DNA of 64,000 bases from Candidatus Eiseniibacteriota bacterium (GCA_963725865.1 CAVSAC010000014.1:1376001-1440000), one strand, 5' to 3'. Numbered from the stretch's first letter, positions 10,586 through 21,469 are shown. Program-made: numbers and translations. Notes: a model not told the origin generated them from the sequence alone.

Positions 10586-11935
10586 CTAGGTCGTCGCGGC
10601 GCGGCGCCGGTCGAGCGCGCCGGTCACCGCGATGAACACCAGCATCGCGACCAGCGACGCCGCGCCCACCAGCGCGAACGCATACCACAGGTAGTGCGCG
10701 TGATCGTACGCGGCCGGCATCGGGCCCCCGCCGGCGAGCGCCAGCGCGTGCGCCGCCTGCAGCGCAGGCGGCAGCGTGCGCGGGTCGGGACAGTAGGTCT
10801 TCAGCATGTAGCCCGCGAAGATGAACCCGAACAGCCACGCGAAGAACGTGTTCATGTGCGCGTACCCGAGGTAGAGGCCCTCGCGCCCGGGCGGCGCCTG
10901 CTTGGAGGCGAACTCCAGGTACTTGGGGCTCAGGAAGCACTCGGCGAGCCCCTGGATCGCGATCCCGATCACCATCATGAGGGTGATCGGGTGCACCGCG
11001 GCCCCCAGGATCATCACCGGACCGTGGAAGAGATGGGCGGTCGACATCACGAGCGACGAGAGCGGGATCAGCACCATCGCGACGGCGATCGAGGCCGCCG
11101 GCGCCCACGTCCGCACCAGCTGCGTGATCGCCACCACGCCGAGCACCACCACCAGCGGATTCACGTTGGCATACCACTCGGGCTTGTAGGTCTCGCCGGC
11201 CATGCGGATCACGTAGTCCGGCATCGAGGCGTAGAGCTGGCCCTGGATCGCCCAGAAACCCGCGGTGATCAGGATCAGCGCCGTGAAGCGCAGATTGGCC
11301 ATCACGGTGACCATGCCCTTGAGCGTGTCGCGGATATTGCGCGGGCGGGCGCGCCCGTCCTCGGCGGGCCGGTACAGCAGCGCGACGACCAGCAGTCCGA
11401 CCAGCGCGGCAGCGGCGCTGAAGTACGGCACGTTCTGCACGCCCAGCTGGATGCGGATCGGCGCGACGATGGTCTTGCCGGTGAACGAGCCGATGTTCAC
11501 GACCATGTAGAAGATGCTGAAGGCGCGCGCGCGGTTGGCCTCGTCGGACGACTTCGATGCGGTCGCGGTGATCACCGGCTTCACGAATGACCCACCCAGC
11601 ACGATCAGGCACAGTCCGACGGTGACCGGCGCCATCGCGTGCGAGGCGCCGAGCGTGGCGTAGCCGGCCGCCAGCAGCGCGAACGCCAACAGCAGCGAGC
11701 TGCGGAACCCGAGGCGATCGGCGGCCGCACCGGTGAAGAACGGGAACAGATAGATGAGCGCGCCGAACAGCCCGGCGACGAGGCCGGCCTGCACGTCGTC
11801 GAGGCCGACCACGCGCAGCAGGTAGGTGCGCAGGGCGATGAAGGTGCCGTAGTAGGCGGCGCGCTCGCACAGCTCGGCCGCGTTCGCGGTCCAGAACGTG
11901 CGCGGGAAGCGCCACGAGGTCGGGGTGGCCATCAT
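10586..11935 (-). CDS. MFS transporter (POT/peptide-transporter-like)
   Basis: ELCERAAYYG (ExxER), GAAADRLGFR, GGSFVKP, AFSIFYMVVNIGSF, about 12 TM segments. Confidence 0.88.
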   Translation of the reverse strand: MMATPTSWRFPRTFWTANAAELCERAAYYGTFIALRTYLLRVVGLDDVQAGLVAGLFGALIYLFPFFTGAAADRLGFRSSLLLAFALLAAGYATLGASHAMAPVTVGLCLIVLGGSFVKPVITATASKSSDEANRARAFSIFYMVVNIGSFTGKTIVAPIRIQLGVQNVPYFSAAAALVGLLVVALLYRPAEDGRARPRNIRDTLKGMVTVMANLRFTALILITAGFWAIQGQLYASMPDYVIRMAGETYKPEWYANVNPLVVVLGVVAITQLVRTWAPAASIAVAMVLIPLSSLVMSTAHLFHGPVMILGAAVHPITLMMVIGIAIQGLAECFLSPKYLEFASKQAPPGREGLYLGYAHMNTFFAWLFGFIFAGYMLKTYCPDPRTLPPALQAAHALALAGGGPMPAAYDHAHYLWYAFALVGAASLVAMLVFIAVTGALDRRRAATT

Positions 11936-12090
11936 CGGCTTCTCATGAGGTCGCGAGAGCTCCATCGACCGTTCGAGGCATCGGCACCTACCGGGCGAGT
12001 CGCGGCGTGGGGGCTCGCGACGGCGGATCGTCGCGCGCGAAACTACCACAGCCGGCCGATCCCACAGGGGTGACCCGCCCGCCTCCGAGG

Positions 12091-12120
12091 TTGCGCCGGG
12101 CGCCGTCGCGCGCCTACCGT
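12091..12120 (+). promoter_or_regulatory. Putative sigma70 promoter of add (TTGCGC-N18-TACCGT), leaderless-type
   Basis: The -10-like hexamer ends 9 nt before ATG 12130 and there is no SD sequence. Confidence 0.45.
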
Positions 12121-12129
12121 GACGCGACC

Positions 12130-13191
12130 ATGAAGTCCGCCATGATCGCGCCCGATCTCCCGCTCATCGACCTGCACCGCCACCTCGAGGGCAGCGTGCG
12201 GCTGTCGACCGTGCTCGACCTCGGGCGGCGGCACCGGCTCGCGCTGCCGGCCGCGGACGAGGCCGGCCTGCGTCCGTTCGCGACCATCACCGAGCCCACC
12301 CCCGACGTCATGGCGTTCATCGCACGCTTCCGCTGGGCCACGCTCGCGATGGTCGACGCGGACGCGTGCGGTCGGATGGCGCGCGAGTGCGTCGAGGACG
12401 CCGCGCGCGAGGGGCTCGACCACCTCGAGTTGCGCTTCAGCCCGTGGTTCATGGCGGAGACCCACCGGCTCGCGCCCGCCGCGGTGGTGGCGGCGGTGGT
12501 CGAGAACGCCACCGCGGCGGCACGCGCGCACGGTCTGTCGCTCGGGCTGATCGGCATCCTCAGCCGGACATATGGGCCCGACGTCGCCGCGCGCGAGCTG
12601 GACGCGCTGCTCACCGCGCGGGAGTCGATCGTGGCGCTCGACCTGGCCGGCGACGAGGCCCGCATGCCGGCGCCGCGATTCGCGGCGCACTTCCGGCGCG
12701 CGCGCGACGCGGGCTGGCACGTGACGGTGCACGCGGGCGAGGCGGCCGGTGCCACGAGCATCGCGGACTCCATCGATTGCCTCGGGGCCGAGCGCATCGG
12801 GCACGCGGTGCGCGCGGTCGACGATCCGGCGCTGCTCGACCGCATGGCGACGCTCGGGATCGCGATCGAGGCGAACCTGACGAGCAACGTGCAGACGAGC
12901 ACGGTCGCCGGCTACGCGCGCCATCCGATGCGCACGTTCCTCGAGCGCGGGCTGTGCGCCACGCTCAACACCGACGATCCCTCGATCAGCGGGATCGACC
13001 TGCGTCACGAGTACGAGACCGCCGCGCCGGCGGCGGGGCTGGACCCCGGCCTGGCGCGGCGCGCGCAGGCGAACGCGCTCGCCGCCGCGTTCGTCTCGGA
13101 CGAGCAGCGTGCGGCGCTGGCCGCCCGCGCGGCCGCCCGCGCGACCACCACGCCGGCCGCCGAGGCCGGCCCCACCGGGAGACCAGGATGA
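12130..13191 (+). CDS. add: Adenosine deaminase
   Basis: DLHRHLEGS, LELRFSP, DLAGDE, TVHAGE, RIGH, SNVQT, LNTDDP. Confidence 0.93.
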   Translation: MKSAMIAPDLPLIDLHRHLEGSVRLSTVLDLGRRHRLALPAADEAGLRPFATITEPTPDVMAFIARFRWATLAMVDADACGRMARECVEDAAREGLDHLELRFSPWFMAETHRLAPAAVVAAVVENATAAARAHGLSLGLIGILSRTYGPDVAARELDALLTARESIVALDLAGDEARMPAPRFAAHFRRARDAGWHVTVHAGEAAGATSIADSIDCLGAERIGHAVRAVDDPALLDRMATLGIAIEANLTSNVQTSTVAGYARHPMRTFLERGLCATLNTDDPSISGIDLRHEYETAAPAAGLDPGLARRAQANALAAAFVSDEQRAALAARAAARATTTPAAEAGPTGRPG

Positions 13192-13580
13192 GCGAGAGCG
13201 GACAGGACGAGGTCGGCAGCATCGGCTGGGTGGACCTGACCGTCGCGGACGCCGACCGGCTGCGCGACTTCTACCGCGCGGTGGTGGGCTGGACGCCGAC
13301 CGCTGTCGACATGGGCGGCTACGACGACTGGACCATGAACCTGCCCGTGAGCGGCATGGCGGTGGCCGGCGTGTGCCACGCGCGCGGCGTCAACGCCGGC
13401 CTGCCGGCGCAGTGGCTGATGTACGTCACGGTCGCGGACCTCGATCACAGCATCGCGCGCTGCATGGAGCTGGGTGGCGCGGTGATCGCGGAGCCGAAGG
13501 ACATCGGCGGGCACGGACGCTACGCGGTCGTGCGCGATCCGGCCGGCGCGGTGCTCGCGATCCGCGAAGAGCGGCGATAA
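13188..13580 (+). CDS. VOC/glyoxalase family protein
   Basis: ATGA overlap with add. GSIGWVDLTV...FY..VVGW, QWLMYVTVADLD, VVRDPAGA. Confidence 0.88.
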   Translation: MSESGQDEVGSIGWVDLTVADADRLRDFYRAVVGWTPTAVDMGGYDDWTMNLPVSGMAVAGVCHARGVNAGLPAQWLMYVTVADLDHSIARCMELGGAVIAEPKDIGGHGRYAVVRDPAGAVLAIREERR

Positions 13581-13624
13581 TCGCGGGCGAACGCCGTGAG
13601 CCGTAGTGCCCGCTCGAAGTACGC

Positions 13625-13697
13625 GGGGGAGCCATGCCTCCGGAGGGCGCCGCCCGACGAAGTGGATTAGGCGTCCGGAGCGAGGCATGGCTCCCCC
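13625..13697. repeat. Perfect 16-bp inverted repeat forming a long hairpin
   Basis: GGGGGAGCCATGCCTC (13625-13640) is the reverse complement of GAGGCATGGCTCCCCC (13682-13697), and the inner sequence can pair further. Confidence 0.85.
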
Positions 13698-13744
13698 CTT
13701 GCGCTCGATCGAGTGACCGGTGTGCGGAGCTCGAGCGAACGCAC

Positions 13745-13779
13745 AAGGCCCCGGCGATGATGTGCTTCGCCGGGGCCTT
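13745..13779. terminator. Probable (bidirectional) intrinsic terminator hairpin between convergent genes
   Basis: 13-bp stem AAGGCCCCGGCGA/TCGCCGGGGCCTT, 14 nt downstream of the transketolase-like stop. U tracts are short. Confidence 0.65.
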
Positions 13780-13793
13780 CGCGTGCGTGCGAA

Positions 13794-16163
13794 CTACCGG
13801 CTCTTCACCGTCGCGTCGACGAAGGCGCGGATGGCCTTGTACTGGCCCACTCCATCCAGCCCCGCCTCGGCCATCACCGCGGCACCCTGCCCGCTGCCGG
13901 GGAAGTGGCCTTTCGCGTACGGGTGCAGCGTCGCCGCGCGGCCGCGGTCGGAGCGCACCCAGCGATACATCGTGGCGAGCGTGAAGCCGGTGATGCCCAT
14001 CGCCTCCTGCGCGCGTGCCTCGGGGAAGATGCGCTCGCGCTCGGCCTCCGTCAGCGCGTCGAACAGCTCCGCGCTGGCGACGTAGTACACGTCGAGGTCG
14101 ATGCCGTCCTGCTCGAGCTTCGGCAGCACGTCGGCAACGAACGCGAGCGTGACCGCGCTCTCCTGCAGCACCAGCACGCCGTCGGCGCGGCCCTTGGGCG
14201 CGCGCAGGCGATACACGCCGGTCGCGGCCGCCGTCACGGGTGCGAGGCCGAGCTTGGCCCGGTCGGGCACCGTCTCGTTGGGGCGCGTGACGAACGGCGC
14301 GATCACCGCCGGCCGCCGCGCGAGCGCGGTCGAGACCAGCGTCCACATCTCGGCCGGATCCCACGGCGTGAGCGTGAGCGCGGTGCCGGGCGGGAAGTTC
14401 TCCTGCAGCAGCTGCAGCGCCTGCGGATCGGCGTGGGTCGGGCCGTCCTCGCCGGTCTTCAGGCCGGCGTGCGCGCCGACCAGGATCATCGGCCGGTACG
14501 GGCCGCCGAACGCATGCGCGCGCGCCTGGTTGCCGATCGCGTGCAGGCGGGCCGAGATGTGCGCGAGCGGCGACATGAACGCGGCGTACGACGAGCACAC
14601 TCCGATGTGGTGCCCGAACGTGCCGAGCCCCGAGCACACGCCGGACATCGCGTCCTCGCAGATGCCGCCCACCGACAGCGTGCGCGAATCGGCGTTGGTG
14701 CGGGCGTTCCAGTAGCCGGCCGGGAAGCCCTCGGCGATCTTGTTCACGCTGGTGGAGCCCAGCAGGTCGGCGGCCATCACGAACAGCGCCCCGCCCGACG
14801 CCCGGTTGTAGTGCTGGAGCACCCGGCCCAGTTCGTTGCGCAGCGTGGTCACGGTGCCGGGAGCCAGCGCCAGCGACTCGGGCGCCTGCTGCGCCTGACG
14901 CTCGGCGAGCGCGTACACCTTGGCGACGTCGGGCGCGTTCGGGCGCGGCCGGCGCTCGCGCTTCACGAGCCGCTGGCGCGCGGTGCGCAGCCGCTCGGCG
15001 AACGCCTTCACCACGCTCTCGCGCTTCTGCAGCTCGACGCGCAGGATCTGCAGCGCGTCCCACATGCACGATTCCATCACGGTCGCGCCGTCGGGGCCGC
15101 CGCAGCGCGTCGCGCCGCCCTTGCACGACGGCAGCGTGACGACGCGGCCCTGGAGCAACGGCTCGAGCGCGGCGTAGAAGCCGTCCGAGCACAGCGCGTG
15201 GCCGGCGCCGTGCGAGGCGCGGCCCTCGATGCCGTACTGCCAGCCCTTGACCGTGCGGTACACGATCGCGGTCGGCTGGCCGGTGTCGAACGTGGCGGCG
15301 AGTCGCTGCGCCGCGATCACCTGCTGGAAGTCCTTGCCGTCGGGCACCGCGATCACGTTCCAGTCGTGCAGGTACGCCAGCTCCGCCGGCGTCCACTGCA
15401 CGTAGTCGCCCGGCTTCTCGCCGTCGCGGCACACCTGGTTCGAATCGATCGATGCCTGGTTCCAGTCGATGTGGAGCACCGCGTTGTCGAGCGAGGCGGT
15501 GCCGGCGGCGGCGAGCGCCTCGGCCACCCGGCCGGGCGTCAGCCCGCCCTCGCCCTCGACGATGTGCACGCGCGGCGCGTTCGCGCCGAAGAGGTCGCGC
15601 GCGCCGAACGCGAGTCCCAGCGACGCCGACACGCCCACGCCCGAGGCGCCGGTCGAGAGCCGCACGAACGGCGTCGCGGGCGTCGGATGCCCGTCGAGCG
15701 CCTTCACGCCGAAGCGCGCGAACAGCGGAGTGGCCGCGGTGGGATTGCGGCGGAAGCCGAGCAGGTCCTCGAGCCGCAGCTGGCTGTGCTCGTCGCGCGG
15801 CAGCAGATCGGGGGCCGCGATGCGCAGGATCTCGTTGCGCAGCGCCCACAGCGCGTACATGCCGAGCGCCTTGTGGCCCGCGGCGTACGAGATCAGGTCG
15901 GCGTCCTCGCGCTCGGGCGCGGACGGGTCGTAGTCCATCCCGTCGAACAACAGGCCCTGCACGAAGCGCCCGGACGAGATCGACCCGCCCGGATGGCCCG
16001 ACATGGGGACGTAGTTGTAGAGCACCGCGACCAGCGAGCGATAGACGAGGTCGAAGGACTCGAACTGCTCGAGCTCCGAAGCCGTGAGCGGTGCGGGGCT
16101 CGACTTCATCGTCTCGGCGAGATCGACGAAGCGGCCGCGCCGCGGACCGAATGCGAATGCCAT
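13794..16163 (-). CDS. Transketolase-like TPP-dependent enzyme (long, divergent)
   Basis: SGHPGGSIS, AAGHK, LDGHP, STGASGVG, GEGG...DWN TPP motif, TVKGW, ADLLGS, GICEDAM, GEDGPTH. Confidence 0.85.
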   Translation of the reverse strand: MAFAFGPRRGRFVDLAETMKSSPAPLTASELEQFESFDLVYRSLVAVLYNYVPMSGHPGGSISSGRFVQGLLFDGMDYDPSAPEREDADLISYAAGHKALGMYALWALRNEILRIAAPDLLPRDEHSQLRLEDLLGFRRNPTAATPLFARFGVKALDGHPTPATPFVRLSTGASGVGVSASLGLAFGARDLFGANAPRVHIVEGEGGLTPGRVAEALAAAGTASLDNAVLHIDWNQASIDSNQVCRDGEKPGDYVQWTPAELAYLHDWNVIAVPDGKDFQQVIAAQRLAATFDTGQPTAIVYRTVKGWQYGIEGRASHGAGHALCSDGFYAALEPLLQGRVVTLPSCKGGATRCGGPDGATVMESCMWDALQILRVELQKRESVVKAFAERLRTARQRLVKRERRPRPNAPDVAKVYALAERQAQQAPESLALAPGTVTTLRNELGRVLQHYNRASGGALFVMAADLLGSTSVNKIAEGFPAGYWNARTNADSRTLSVGGICEDAMSGVCSGLGTFGHHIGVCSSYAAFMSPLAHISARLHAIGNQARAHAFGGPYRPMILVGAHAGLKTGEDGPTHADPQALQLLQENFPPGTALTLTPWDPAEMWTLVSTALARRPAVIAPFVTRPNETVPDRAKLGLAPVTAAATGVYRLRAPKGRADGVLVLQESAVTLAFVADVLPKLEQDGIDLDVYYVASAELFDALTEAERERIFPEARAQEAMGITGFTLATMYRWVRSDRGRAATLHPYAKGHFPGSGQGAAVMAEAGLDGVGQYKAIRAFVDATVKSR

Positions 16164-16223
16164 GGGATTCCCCCGGTTGGGCGCCGGAGCGTGGGGGACC
16201 ACGGCGCGGATGCAGTGCGGGAC

Positions 16224-16252
16224 AGTCTCCCCGAGCGCGCGGAGGGCGTCAA
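16224..16252 (-). promoter_or_regulatory. Putative sigma70 promoter of the transketolase-like gene (TTGACG-N17-GAGACT)
   Basis: Near-consensus -35 with exact 17-bp spacing, about 60 nt upstream of the ATG. Confidence 0.5.
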
Positions 16253-16418
16253 TGGCGGCGACGGGGAACCCTGCGGAATCCACAGAGGTATGACGGATCG
16301 CGGTGGACCGCGGTCGTCGCCAGCATCGGCCTCAGCACCAGCCCGCCCGGAGCCACCGCGCCCGACCCGTTCGCGGAATTCCGCGCGCGGCCGCGCGGTA
16401 CCGCGACCGCGCCGCGCC

Positions 16419-18265
16419 TCAGCGCTCCGGCGCCGCGGGCGCCAGGCGCTCGGCGAGCTGCGGGAAGTGCGCCAGGTGCAGGCGCACCTGCTCCATCTCG
16501 GGCCCGTCCGGCCGCCACGAGCGCACCACGCGCATCGCGGGCCGCGCGGTGACGGAGTCGCCGACCCAGGTCGAGGTCGCCCACAGCCCGAGCCAGCCCA
16601 TCGGCTGATCGGGCGCGCGCTCGACCAGCTGCGGAACGCGCGCTGCGCCGACAGGTCCTCGCCGGCGATCACCGCGGCGGTGCCCCACAGCAGCAGCGCG
16701 CGCGGGTGCGGCGCCGTTTCCGCGAGCTGCTCGTAGGTGGCGGCCGCGTCGCTCCAGCGCCACGCGCGCAGCGAGCGCATGCCGATGAAGTCGAGCGTGG
16801 CGAGGCGGTGGGCCTCCGAGCGATGCGGCGGCTCGTCGATGAACGCGCGCGCGCGCGCGAGCCCGCGGTCCATGTCCTGCTGGCAGAGCATCACGTCGAC
16901 CGTGGGCACCGCCGCCGCGAGCGCGAGCGGCAGGGCCAGCCACGCGTAGCGCGGCGCGGCATCGAGCATGCGCGCCACGCACCACGCGGCGAGCAGCGCG
17001 GCCGCGGCGCCGGCGCCGGCGAACGCGTCCCAGTCGCGGAACGGGCCCTGCGTGACCTGCGTGAGCAGCACCAGCGGCAGGAATCCGAGCGACAGCCCGG
17101 CCAGGAACACGCCCTCGCGCCGCGCCAGCAGCGGGCGCGCGTGCCGCGCCGCGGCCAGGATCGCGACCGGCGCGAGCGGGACGTAGAGCAGCAGCAGGTT
17201 CGCGAGGTCGAGCAGCCGCAGCGGCGCGAGCGCCGCGCGCAGCACGCCGCCCTGGCGCGCCACCTCGGGCGAGGCGAAGTTCACGCTGGCGTCGAAGCCC
17301 AGGTAGAGCTGGATCAGCCGCGGTAGCAGCCACGCCAGCGCGATGAGCGGCAGCGCGAGCGAGACCAGGAACGCGGGCCGCCGCCAGCCGCCGGCCCCAC
17401 CGTGCAGGCGCAGCCACATCAACCACGCCACGAGCGCGCCCGGCACGATTCCGAGCGCCGCGCGATGGAGCATCGGCGCGAGCGCTACCAGCGCGCCGAG
17501 CAGCACCAGGCCGCGGCCGCGGCGCACCACGTCGCAGCCCACCACGCCGGTGCCGAGCGCCAGCAGCGCCACCTCGATCGTGGGCTTGCCGTAGCCGGTG
17601 TAGAGCCCCAGGTAGCTGCTGAACAGCACCAGCGCGCCCGCGGTCAGCCGCGCCGCGCCGCCCAGCTCGAGTGTGAGCGCGAAGCGCACCGCGAGGACCG
17701 CCACCAGCGCGCCCTCGAGCAGGCCGGTGACGTACGCCACCGCGCCGGCGTCGCCGTGGGTCAGTCGCGCCAGCTCGCGCGGAAGCCACCAGTGCAGCAG
17801 GCTGTCGAGCGGCATCGCCTGCGGGAACATGCGCGCGAAGCCGCCGGGCTCGGCGAGGATGCCGACGCGCAGCAGGAAGTCGCCCACGAACCCGGTGCGG
17901 TCGGGCAGCCCCACCAGCAGCGCGAGCGCCAGCGCCACCGCGCACCCGTAGGCGAGCAGCGGCCGGCGCACGAACGCGCGGGCGAGCGGGGCACCCGCCG
18001 CCACCACGGCGCGTGTGACCGCGGGCAGCAGCGCGGCGGCCATCGCCAGCCACAGCGCCCACACCGGCCACGGCGACGCGAAGCGCGCGAAGTTGAGACC
18101 CCACGCATGCATGGTGGGCGTCACCGTCAGGACCGCGCGCGCCACCGCCAGCAGGACCAGCAGGCCGAGGGCCAGACGGGCGGTGAGTTCCGCCCGGGGG
18201 TCCGGCGGGGTCGCGACGTGCGCGGGAGCCGCGACGGTGGGTGCGGAGGTCGAGGGGCGAGTCAT
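16419..18265 (-). CDS. Polytopic membrane protein (GT-C-like) with C-terminal TPR-like helices; 1-nt deletion near 16632
   Basis: More than 10 hydrophobic segments, FVGDFLLR and RDWDAF loops. The frame switches from AQRAF to QLVERAPDQPMGWLGL...PER* (stop 16419). Confidence 0.6.
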
Positions 18266-18502
18266 GGTTCCGGTGGGTGGCGGGCGGCCGGTCGCGGCGG
18301 ATCCGCGCGGCGGCCGCATGACCCTACCAGCGGCGTCGTGCACGCGCGAGCCCCGCATGCGGATCGACGCGGGGCAGGTGTGGCCGCTCGCCCGCGCGCT
18401 TCGCCGTGGGCGCGACGTGCCGGCACGCGCGCGTTTCGGCGCGGGCGGGCCCCACCGGCGCGCTCTGGCCGCGCCTGCTGCCCGCGGCTACACTGCCGCG
18501 CC

Positions 18503-19108
18503 ATGATCATCGACCCGCAGAGCCTGTCGCCCGCCGCGATGTACCAGTTCATGATCGGGGTGATCGTGCCGCGCCCGATCGCGTTCATCTCCACGCGCGC
18601 CGCCGACGGGCGGCTGAACCTGGCGCCATTCTCGTACTTCATACCGCTCACCAACCTGCCGCCGTTGGTCGGCGTGTCGCTCCAGGCCCGCGGGGACAAG
18701 CTGAAGGACACGGCGAGCAACATCGAGGCGACCGGCGAGTTCGTGATCAACATCGTGAGCGAGCCGATGGCCGAGGGGATGGTGCTCACCTCGGGCGACT
18801 GGCCGCCGCACGTCGACGAGTTCGCACTCGCGGGTTTCACCGCGGTGGCGAGCACGCGGATCGCGCCGCCGCGCGTGGGCGAGTCGCCGGCGAGCCTGGA
18901 GTGCCGGCTGCACCGCATGGTCGAGTTCGGCGCCGCGCATTTCGTGGTGGGCGAGGTGCTGCTCGCGCACGTGAAGGACGAGGTGCTTGACGAGCGCGGC
19001 CGGGTCGACCCGGTGAAGCTGGCGCCGATCGGCCGGCTCGGGGGCGACGGCTACGCGCCGCTGCGCGACGTCCTGCGCATCGCGCGGCCGGTGGTGGAGC
19101 GCGCGTGA
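18503..19108 (+). CDS. Flavin reductase family protein
   Basis: IVPRPIAFIST, NLAPFSYF, KDTASNIEATGEFVIN, LECR, PIGRLGG. Confidence 0.92.
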   Translation: MIIDPQSLSPAAMYQFMIGVIVPRPIAFISTRAADGRLNLAPFSYFIPLTNLPPLVGVSLQARGDKLKDTASNIEATGEFVINIVSEPMAEGMVLTSGDWPPHVDEFALAGFTAVASTRIAPPRVGESPASLECRLHRMVEFGAAHFVVGEVLLAHVKDEVLDERGRVDPVKLAPIGRLGGDGYAPLRDVLRIARPVVERA

Positions 19109-21376
19109 ATCCGCGACCCGGCGCCCGCGCGCTCGCGGCGGTGGCGGTCCTCGCGACCGCGCTCGCGGCGGCGCCGGCGGCGCGCGAGGTCGCCGCGATC
19201 GCGGTCCCGATCGCCGAGGGTGCTCCCGCGGCCGGCGCCGCGGGGCCGCGCGACACCGCGCTGATCGAGCAATACGCCCACACGTTTCGTTTCCGGCTCG
19301 GCCGGCCGACCGCGATCACGCCACTGCGCGACGGGCGTCGGGTGCTGTTCCTGCGTTCGGGGCCGCGCTCGTTCGTGCAGGACCTGTGGGAGTGGGACGC
19401 CGCCACCGGCACCGAGCGCGCGGTGATCACGGCGGGCGCGATCCTGCGCGGCGCCGAGGAGCAGCTCACGCCCGAGGAGCGCGCGCGGCGCGAACGCCAG
19501 CGCTCGGCGGCGCGCGGCATCGCCTCGTTCGCGGCCACGCCGGACGGCGCGCGGCTGCTGGTGCCGCTGTCGGGGCGCCTGTACGTGGTCGAGCGCGCGA
19601 CCGGCGCCGCGCGCGAGCTGCCGGGTGCCGCGGCGGCCGCCGAGGACCCGCGCCTGTCGCCGGACGGCGCGCGCGCGGCGTGCGTGCGCGATGGCGACCT
19701 CTACGTGAGCGAGCTGGCGGGCGGCGCCGAGCGTCGGCTCACCACGCGCGAGAACGCCAACGTCTCGTACGGCGCCGCCGAGTTCGTCGCGCAGGAGGAG
19801 ATGGATCGCGCGGCCGGATTCTGGTGGTCGCCCGACTCGCGGCGCCTCGCGTTCCAGCGCACCGACGTCGCGAAGGTCGAGCGCTACCGCATCCTCGACC
19901 CCGGGCACCCCGAGCGCCCGCCGCAGGAGTGGCCCTATCCGCGCCCGGGCCACGAGAACGCCGACGTGACGCTCGGCCTGACGAGCGCCGGCGGCGGTGC
20001 CCCGACGTGGGTGCGGTGGGAGCGCGCGCGCTGGCCGTACCTGGCGGCCGTGACGTGGCCGAAGCGCGGGCCGCTGACGCTGGTGGTGATGGCGCGCGAC
20101 CAGCGCGAGGAGGCGGTGCTCGCGGTCGACGACTCGACCGGCGCCACCCGCGTGCTGCTGACCGAGCGCGACGACGCGTGGCTCAATCTGGCGAAGGAAT
20201 CCCCGCACTGGCTCGCCGACGGCTCGGGCTTCCTGTGGATGACCGAGCGTGCGGGCGGCTGGACGCTCGAGCGACGCGCGCGCGACGGCACGCTGGTGCG
20301 CGCGCTCACGGAGCCCGCGCTCGGGCTGCGCGAGTTGGTGGCGGTCGATGAGCGCCGCGGCGTGGCGTGGGTGACCGCGGGCGAGGAGCCCACCGAGACC
20401 CACCTGGTCCGCGTGCGGCTGGACGGCCGCGGTGCCCCGCAGCGCGTGACCACCGAGCGCGCGGTGCACGGTGCCACGTTCGGCGAGGGCGACGGCCTGT
20501 GGGTGCACACCATCGATCCGCTGGAGGGCGCGCGGCGCATCGCGGTGTGCCGCCGCGACGGACGCGAGGTGGGCGACGCTGCGGAGCGTGAGCGAGGCCC
20601 CGCGCGTCGCCCCGCGCGTGCAGCTCGTCACGGTCGGCGACCGCGCGCTGCGCGCCGCGATCGTGCGCCCCGCCGATTTCGATCCGGCGAAGCGCTATCC
20701 CGTGGTGCTCGACGTCTACGGCGGCCCCCATTCCCAGACGGTGCAGGCGAACGCGAGCCGCTACGTGATCGCGCAGTGGCTCGCGAACGAGGGCTTCATG
20801 GTGGTGAGCATCGACGGCCGCGGCACGCCCGCGCGCGGGCGCGCCTGGGAGCGCGCGATCGAGGGCGATCTCGCGGGTCCCATGCTCGAGGACCAGGTCG
20901 CCGGGCTGCGCGCGCTCGGCGCGCGCTACCCGGAGCTGGACCTGACGCGCGTCGGCGTGTGGGGCTGGTCGTTCGGCGGCTACGCCACCTGCATGGCGGT
21001 GCTGCGGCGACCGGACGTGTTCGCCTGCGGGGTCGCGGTGGCGCCGGTGGCGGACTGGCGCGACTACGATACGTTCTACAGCGAGCGCTATCTGGGGCTG
21101 CTGCCCCGGGATTCGAGCGCGTACGAGCGCTCCTCGGTGCTGACGTGGGCCGCGGGCCTCGAACGACCGCTGCTCATGATTCACGGCAGTGCGGACGATA
21201 ACGTCTATCTGATGCACAGCCTGCGGCTCTCCGACGCGCTCACGCGCGCCGGGCGGCACGCCGAGATCTGGCCCATCATCGGCCAGGCGCACGGCATCAC
21301 GGATCCGTCGCTGAACCAGCGCGTGTACACGCGCCTGGCGACGTTCCTCGAGGAGCACCTCGGTTCGCCGCGCTGA
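19105..21376 (+). CDS. S9B dipeptidyl-peptidase IV family peptidase; frameshift (extra G in GTGGG at about 20571-20573)
   Basis: N-terminal propeller (AEFVAQEEMDR, FWWSPD, YPRPG) plus a C-terminal ORF with YGGP, GWSFGG, HGSADDNV and the catalytic His. Removing one G joins the two frames. Confidence 0.88.
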
Positions 21377-21469
21377 ACCGGCCCCGGATCGGAGCTTGCC
21401 CCGGGCTTCCGGCTGGGGCAGGCTGACCCGCGGCCGAGCGCTCCCCGGTCCTGCACCAGGAGGTCACTC

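Noticed and set aside
9390..11915. Apparent large fusion ORFs (9390-11915, 42407-46222, 47858-51109, 21470-22492, 28599-31406)
   Set aside because: Only one end is the real gene. The rest is an open alternate frame of the neighbouring gene or results from a frameshift.
13600..13720. tRNA, tRNA-Sec, SRP or 6S RNA in the hairpin region
   Set aside because: There is no cloverleaf or T-loop and no SRP GNRA/AGCAG core, and it is too short for 6S. It is kept only as an unexplained hairpin.
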